Of a stretch of 64,000 bases of DNA, positions 58,664 to 64,000 are shown piece by piece. Where the stretch lies: the NCBI GenBank assembly GCA_963668175.1, contig OY764159.1, positions 992,001 to 1,056,000 on the forward strand, in the 5' to 3' direction. Position numbers and translations under genes: made by a program. The stretch's first letter is position 1, and every line of letters starts with the position of its first letter. The notes under the pieces are model-generated. The model ran no database searches. It worked only from the letters and a program-made list of their open reading frames with translations, and was not told where the DNA came from. This DNA comes from Syntrophales bacterium. GTDB taxonomy: Bacteria; Desulfobacterota; Syntrophia; Syntrophales; PHBD01.

Positions 58664-58686
58664 CAGCGGCAGACGAGGAAGATAAA

Positions 58687-59001
58687 ATGCAGGGATTGAA
58701 AAAAGGCGATTTGGTAAAGGTCATTGCCGGCAAGGAAAAGGGACGGACGGGGAAGATCTTGAAGACGATCCGGGAAAAAGACCGCGTGGTCGTCGAGAAG
58801 CTGAACCTCCTCAAGAAGCACAAAAGGGCGGATGCCAAGTCGAAGGGCGGCGTCATCGAGAAAGAAGGCTCGATCCATGCCTCCAACGTGCTCCTGATCT
58901 GCAACAAGTGCGATACGGGTGTCCGTCTGGGTTACAAAATCCTGGAAGACGGAAAGAAGGTTCGTGTCTGCAAGAAATGTAATGAGATATTAGAAGCGTA
59001 G
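58687..59001 (+). CDS. rplX: 50S ribosomal protein L24
   Basis: KKGDLVKVIAGKEKG, IHASNV. Confidence 0.97.
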   Translation: MQGLKKGDLVKVIAGKEKGRTGKILKTIREKDRVVVEKLNLLKKHKRADAKSKGGVIEKEGSIHASNVLLICNKCDTGVRLGYKILEDGKKVRVCKKCNEILEA

Positions 59002-59013
59002 GGACTGTAAACC

Positions 59014-59553
59014 ATGGCGAGATTAAAGGAATATTATCTGAAGGAAGTCGTTCCCGCTCTGATCAAGGAATTCCAGTATAAGAACCGGATGGAAGTCCCG
59101 AAGTTTGAGAAGATCGTGGTGAATATGGGACTGGGTGAGGCGATTCAGAATGTGAAAATACTCGAAAGCGCCCAGGCCGAACTGGCCATGATTACGGGTC
59201 AGAAACCCGTCGTCACCAAGGCCCGCAAATCCATTGCAACCTTCAAGCTTCGGCAGGGGATGTCCATCGGATGTTCCGTGACCCTGAGAAAAGAGAGAAT
59301 GTTCGAGTTTTTCGACCGGCTGGTCAATGTTGCCCTGCCCAGGGTCAGGGACTTCAGGGGGATTTCCTCCAAGTCCTTCGACGGGCGCGGGAATTTCGCC
59401 ATGGGATTGAAGGAACAGATTATCTTTCCGGAAATCGAATACGACAAAATCGACAAGATCAAGGGCATGAACATCGTGATTGTCACGTCGGCGAAGACGG
59501 ATGACGAGGCCAGACAACTCCTCAAACTCATGGGATTGCCGTTTAGACATTAA
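59014..59553 (+). CDS. rplE: 50S ribosomal protein L5
   Basis: [20 protein letters not shown]. Confidence 0.99.
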   Translation: MARLKEYYLKEVVPALIKEFQYKNRMEVPKFEKIVVNMGLGEAIQNVKILESAQAELAMITGQKPVVTKARKSIATFKLRQGMSIGCSVTLRKERMFEFFDRLVNVALPRVRDFRGISSKSFDGRGNFAMGLKEQIIFPEIEYDKIDKIKGMNIVIVTSAKTDDEARQLLKLMGLPFRH

Positions 59554-59591
59554 GAACAGGTCAGATATCAAGCATTACGCCAGGAGGCACT

Positions 59592-59777
59592 GTGGCAAAG
59601 AAATCGTTGATCGCCAAGGCAAAAAGAAAAACGAAGTTTGCGGTACGCGTCTATAATCGCTGCCCGATCTGCGGCAGACCGAGAGCGTATTATCGTAAAT
59701 TCGATATGTGCAGAATATGCCTGAGGAACCTTTCTCTGAAAGGCGAAATCCCCGGCGTAATCAAATCGAGCTGGTAA
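59592..59777 (+). CDS. rpsN: 30S ribosomal protein S14 (type Z, Zn-binding)
   Basis: RCPICGR...CRIC, 61 aa. Confidence 0.97.
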   Translation: MAKKSLIAKAKRKTKFAVRVYNRCPICGRPRAYYRKFDMCRICLRNLSLKGEIPGVIKSSW

Positions 59778-59839
59778 GAATAAGCACCCTCCTGCGCAAG
59801 CGGCGGGATAATACAGTGAAGAAGTGAAGGAGCGGCTTT

Positions 59840-60241
59840 ATGGGTATGACAGATCCGATCGCGGATATGTTAACCAGGATCAGAAATGCGAATAAGATGC
59901 ATTTCAAGAGTGTCGATGTGATGCTGTCCCGGATGAACACGGATGTTGCGAAAGTGCTGAAGGCGAGCGGTTTCATCAGCGGCCACGACGTCAAAAAAGG
60001 CGAGGATGGCCGTGAAATTCTCAGGGTATACCTGAAGTATCCCGATGCCAGGAGAAACGTGATCAGCGGCATCCAACGGGTGAGCAAGCCGGGGCGCAGG
60101 ATATACGTGAAGAGTGAGAAGATTCCGAAGGTCCTGAACGGTTATGGAATTGCAATCCTGTCTACATCGAAGGGGATTATGACGGACAAACAGGCCAGGG
60201 AACAGAATGTCGGCGGAGAGATCCTCTGCAACGTCTGGTAA
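59840..60241 (+). CDS. rpsH: 30S ribosomal protein S8
   Basis: DPIADMLTRIRNA, SKPGRR, STSKG. Confidence 0.98.
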   Translation: MGMTDPIADMLTRIRNANKMHFKSVDVMLSRMNTDVAKVLKASGFISGHDVKKGEDGREILRVYLKYPDARRNVISGIQRVSKPGRRIYVKSEKIPKVLNGYGIAILSTSKGIMTDKQAREQNVGGEILCNVW

Positions 60242-60283
60242 ACGGTCGTCCGCTGGCCATCAAGAATATCGGGAGTTTTTTTC

Positions 60284-60826
60284 ATGTCAAGAATTGGTAA
60301 AAAGCCCATCGCGCTTCCAAAAGGGGTTAAGATAACCCGGGATAATAATGTCATCAAGGTTGAGGGCCCCAAGGGAACCCTGACCATGGGGATGCCGGGA
60401 AATGTCGAGATTGCCATGGAGAACGAAACGGTCCTGGTGAAGCGGGCCTCGGATGCCCGGGAAGACCGCTCCGTTCACGGTTTGGCGAGGACATTGCTCT
60501 CCAATATGATTACGGGTGTCAGCGCCGGCTTCGAAAAAGGACTGGAAATTTCCGGTGTGGGATACCGTGCCGAGATTGCCGGCAACAACCTTAAGATGGT
60601 GCTGGGTTATTCCAATCCGGTGGAATACAGGATTCCGAAAGGGATCGCCGTCAAGGTCGACAAACAGGTCAATATCGTCGTCTCCGGCATCGACAAACAG
60701 CTTGTCGGACGTACTGCCGCCGAAATCAGGGCCCTGAAGAAGCCGGAGCCCTACAAGGGAAAAGGGATCAAATACGTCGGTGAGCATGTCCGCCGCAAGG
60801 TCGGGAAGTCGGTCGGTACGAAATAG
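60284..60826 (+). CDS. rplF: 50S ribosomal protein L6
   Basis: [14 protein letters not shown]. Confidence 0.98.
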   Translation: MSRIGKKPIALPKGVKITRDNNVIKVEGPKGTLTMGMPGNVEIAMENETVLVKRASDAREDRSVHGLARTLLSNMITGVSAGFEKGLEISGVGYRAEIAGNNLKMVLGYSNPVEYRIPKGIAVKVDKQVNIVVSGIDKQLVGRTAAEIRALKKPEPYKGKGIKYVGEHVRRKVGKSVGTK

Positions 60827-60861
60827 TCACGATTGCAGATACCCTAGGGAGAGGTAGAACA

Positions 60862-61227
60862 TTGTCTTCGAAAAAGCTGGAAAGAACCAAGGAAAAGAGA
60901 AAGAAGCGGATCAGGGGCAAAATTCACGGAACGTCGGAAAGACCCCGTCTGTCCGTGTATCGGAGTGCCAGGCATATTTACGCCCAGGCCGTTGACGACG
61001 TCCTCGGAAGAACCTTGGCCTCTGCATCCACTTTGAGCAAGGAGCTGAAGGAAGCCATCGCGGAGAAGAAGAAGGCGGAAGCTGCCAATGCGGTGGGGAA
61101 ACTGGTTTCGCAGAAGCTCGCCGGTTTGGGGATACAGAAGGTTGTCTTCGACCGGGGCGTGTACCTCTATCACGGACGGGTGAAAGCCCTGGCCGAAGGG
61201 GCGCGCGAGGCAGGGCTGGAGTTTTAA
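60862..61227 (+). CDS. rplR: 50S ribosomal protein L18
   Basis: [22 protein letters not shown]. Confidence 0.98.
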   Translation: MSSKKLERTKEKRKKRIRGKIHGTSERPRLSVYRSARHIYAQAVDDVLGRTLASASTLSKELKEAIAEKKKAEAANAVGKLVSQKLAGLGIQKVVFDRGVYLYHGRVKALAEGAREAGLEF

Positions 61228-61259
61228 ATCCCAGAAATACTTATGTGAGGATATGATCA

Positions 61260-61751
61260 TTGGATAAGACGGGTATGGAAGAATTGGAACTTCTGGACCG
61301 AGTGATTGCGATCAATCGGACGGCCAAGGTTGTCAAGGGTGGAAGAAGATTCAGGTTCAGCGCCATCGTCGTCGTCGGCGACGGAAAAGGGGCCGTTGGA
61401 GCAGGATTGGGGAAGGCCCATGAAGTTCCCGAAGCGATCCGGAAGGGGATGGAGCAGGCCAAGAAAAGCATGGTGCGTGTAGCCGTCAAAAACCGGACGA
61501 TTCCCTACGAGATCATCGGTCACTATGGCGCAGGCCGCGTCTTGCTTAAACCCGCATCGGAAGGAACGGGACTCATTGCCGGCGGCGCCGTGAGGGCCGT
61601 GCTCGAAGTCGCAGGCGTCCACAATATTCTGACGAAGTGCCTGGGGTCGCACAATCCGCACAACCTGGTCAAGGCAACGATTGAAGGGCTCAGCAAGCTG
61701 AAGGACCCGGCGATGATCTCCGAACTCCGGGGCGTCGATGCATCCCAGTAA
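61260..61751 (+). CDS. rpsE: 30S ribosomal protein S5
   Basis: [19 protein letters not shown]. Confidence 0.98.
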   Translation: MDKTGMEELELLDRVIAINRTAKVVKGGRRFRFSAIVVVGDGKGAVGAGLGKAHEVPEAIRKGMEQAKKSMVRVAVKNRTIPYEIIGHYGAGRVLLKPASEGTGLIAGGAVRAVLEVAGVHNILTKCLGSHNPHNLVKATIEGLSKLKDPAMISELRGVDASQ

Positions 61752-61809
61752 ACGGCGGACAAGAACATAAACTGACGACAAACACATCCGGGAAAGGGTG
61801 GTTCTGGCG

Positions 61810-62004
61810 GTGAAGCTTAAGATTACACAGATCAGAAGTTATATAGGAAGACCGGAAAAACAGCGAAAGATCCTCAAAGGGATGGGGTTGGGCAAAATGC
61901 ACAAAACCGTTTACTTGGTGGATACGCCCGAGATACGCGGCATGGTCAAGAAGATAGAGCACCTGGTTGCCGTCGAAGAAGTTGCAGAAGGGAAGCAGTC
62001 ATGA
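61810..62004 (+). CDS. rpmD: 50S ribosomal protein L30
   Basis: [16 protein letters not shown]; start uncertain (61798 or 61810). Confidence 0.93.
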   Translation: MKLKITQIRSYIGRPEKQRKILKGMGLGKMHKTVYLVDTPEIRGMVKKIEHLVAVEEVAEGKQS

Positions 62005-62438
62005 ATCTAGGATCATTGAAACCACCTGCGGGTTCGCGAAAGAAGAGGAAAAGGGTCGGCCGCGGCGGCGATCACGGCGGTACGTCCTGTAAGGGCGCCA
62101 AGGGCCAGAATGCCCGCTCCGGCGGAGGCGTAAGGCCCGGCTTCGAAGGCGGACAGATGCCTCTGGCGAGGCGGCTTCCGAAGAGGGGGTTCCGTAACTA
62201 CAGTCGCAAACAGATCGAGACGGTCAATATCGCCTCGCTCAATATATTTCCGGCCGGTACCGTGGTCGATGAAGCGCTTTTGAAGAGCCACGGACTTATC
62301 AAAAGGACGGGAGATGGTGTCAAAGTGCTTGGCAAGGGCACCTTGGAGCAACCCCTCTCTCTCAAATTGAACCTGATCAGCCGCGGCGCCAGGGAAAAGA
62401 TACTGGCCGCAGGCGGTTCCGTTATAGAGGTTGTCTGA
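62001..62438 (+). CDS. rplO: 50S ribosomal protein L15
   Basis: [17 protein letters not shown]. Confidence 0.98.
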   Translation: MNLGSLKPPAGSRKKRKRVGRGGDHGGTSCKGAKGQNARSGGGVRPGFEGGQMPLARRLPKRGFRNYSRKQIETVNIASLNIFPAGTVVDEALLKSHGLIKRTGDGVKVLGKGTLEQPLSLKLNLISRGAREKILAAGGSVIEVV

Positions 62439-62439
62439 A

Positions 62440-63744
62440 TTGCTAGAAGGCGTTTCCAATATCCAGAAAATTCCTGAGCTGCAGAAGAGAATCCTGTTCA
62501 CGTTCTTGCTTCTCGTCGTCTACCGTATCGGCGTCCATGTCACGACACCGGGTATCGACGCCGGCGCCCTGGCTGCCTTCATGGAGCAGACCAAGGGATC
62601 GCTTCTGGAATTGTTTAACATGTTTGCCGGCGGGGCACTGAGCAACTTCTCGGTCTTCACCCTGGGGATCATGCCCTACATTAGCGCATCGATCATCCTC
62701 CAGCTTTTGACCGTGGCCATTCCGCATCTGGAGAAGCTCTCCAAGGAAGGAGAGGCCGGAAGACGAAAGATCACACAGTATACCCGTTACGGTACGGTTG
62801 TCTTGAGCCTTATTCAGGGATTTGCCATCGCCATCGGCCTGGAGCATCAGACGGTTGGCAGCATGCCCCTGGTGATCGATCCGGGCTGGGGATTCAGGCT
62901 CATGACCATGCTGACACTGACGGCGGGAACCGCCTTTATCATGTGGCTCGGCGAACAGATTACCGAGAAAGGGATCGGCAACGGCATATCCCTGATCATC
63001 TTTGCCGGAATCGTCTGCCGTGCGCCTGCGGCGATACTGCAGACCTTCAGTATGCACTCGGCGGGTGAAATGGGCATATTCATCATCCTGTTCCTGATCA
63101 TCTTCATGGTCGGCGTGGTCGGCCTGATCGTCTTTGTCGAAAGCGGGCAGCGGCGCATTCCCATTCAGTACGCCAAGAGGGTGGTCGGTAGAAAGGTTTA
63201 CGGCGGGCAATCGACCCATCTGCCGCTGAAAGTCAATACGGCGGGCGTCATTCCGCCGATATTTGCGTCGTCCATCATGATGTTTCCGGCGACGATCGCG
63301 AATTTTGTGGACCATCCCTGGATGAAGGCCTTTGCCGATTCGATGAAAATGGGGACCTGGACCCATGAGATACCTTATGTCGCGTTGATCGTCTTTTTCT
63401 GTTATTTTTACACGGCCGTGATGTTCAATCCGGTCGATGTGGCGGACAATATCAAGAAGTACGGCGGTTATATCCCGGGTATCAGACCGGGTAAGAAGAC
63501 GGCGGAATATATCGACGAAGTCCTGACGAAACTGACTTTCGGAGGGGCCATCTATGTTTCGGCCATCTGCGTGCTGCCGAGTATTCTTTATGCCTATTTC
63601 AACGTGCCCTTTTATTTCGGTGGTACGGCTCTGCTTATCGTTGTCGGTGTCGCTCTTGATACGGCAGGACAGATTGAAACGCACCTTCTGACCAGGCAGT
63701 ATGAAGGGTTCATGAAAAAAGGACGGATCGCCAGAAGACGGTAG
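62440..63744 (+). CDS. secY: Preprotein translocase SecY
   Basis: [33 protein letters not shown] at 62440 has a better-spaced SD than the one at 62431. Confidence 0.98.
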   Translation: MLEGVSNIQKIPELQKRILFTFLLLVVYRIGVHVTTPGIDAGALAAFMEQTKGSLLELFNMFAGGALSNFSVFTLGIMPYISASIILQLLTVAIPHLEKLSKEGEAGRRKITQYTRYGTVVLSLIQGFAIAIGLEHQTVGSMPLVIDPGWGFRLMTMLTLTAGTAFIMWLGEQITEKGIGNGISLIIFAGIVCRAPAAILQTFSMHSAGEMGIFIILFLIIFMVGVVGLIVFVESGQRRIPIQYAKRVVGRKVYGGQSTHLPLKVNTAGVIPPIFASSIMMFPATIANFVDHPWMKAFADSMKMGTWTHEIPYVALIVFFCYFYTAVMFNPVDVADNIKKYGGYIPGIRPGKKTAEYIDEVLTKLTFGGAIYVSAICVLPSILYAYFNVPFYFGGTALLIVVGVALDTAGQIETHLLTRQYEGFMKKGRIARRR

Positions 63745-63772
63745 CGGTTGTTTTGCACCCAGAGCATTGAGG

Positions 63773-64000
63773 ATGGTTATATTAAAATCGCCGGAAGAGA
63801 TCGAGAAACTCCGCAGAAGCAACCGGATTGTCGCTGAAGTATTGAGAGACATTGTTGACAGGGTAAAGCCCGGGGTGACAACATCGGAGCTGGACCGCCT
63901 GTCGGGAGAACTGGCCGAGAAAAAAGGGGCCAAGCCGGCGTTCAAAGGATACAGAGGTTATCCGTACGCTCTTTGCACATCGGTCAATGCCGAAGTCGTC
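63773..64000 (+). CDS. map: Type I methionine aminopeptidase, 5' part (truncated by the window end)
   Basis: Manual translation MVILKSPEEIEKLR...VKPGVTTSELD...PAFKGYRGYPYALCTSVN. Confidence 0.93.
   Translation, partial: MVILKSPEEIEKLRRSNRIVAEVLRDIVDRVKPGVTTSELDRLSGELAEKKGAKPAFKGYRGYPYALCTSVNAEVV

Overview
A 64-kb, GC-rich core-genome segment from an anaerobic deltaproteobacterium; the gene content points to a Syntrophales-like fatty-acid-oxidising syntroph (inference). From left to right it holds: a partial hflX with a probable ATC start, an FmdB zinc-ribbon gene and a large outer-membrane porin (all minus strand); a divergent catabolic cluster acs-etfB-etfA-membrane FeS/heme-b oxidoreductase-fadD; uxs-ugd-apgM (minus); rsmI plus a cluster of poorly characterised envelope/polarity-like genes; tRNA-Val-thrS-infC-rpmI-rplT-pheS-pheT-ihfA-merR; a PxxKW Cys-rich gene; a CDF transporter, a QueG-like FeS protein and a double flavodoxin protein; tonB; tadA-2x tRNA-Ser-SRP RNA-dnaX-ybaB-recR-fumarase alpha/beta; a tRNA cluster; and the secE-nusG-rplKAJL-rpoBC, str, S10 and spc operons up to a partial map. 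I found no mobile element, prophage or CRISPR array. The best signals are a complete E. coli-style -1 frameshift cassette in dnaX, the ATC-initiated hflX, a stand-alone RomR-C/PopZ-like protein, tandem operator palindromes before acs, and the absence of fusA, a second tuf and adk from their usual positions. All family assignments are from motif recognition by eye; no database searches were run.
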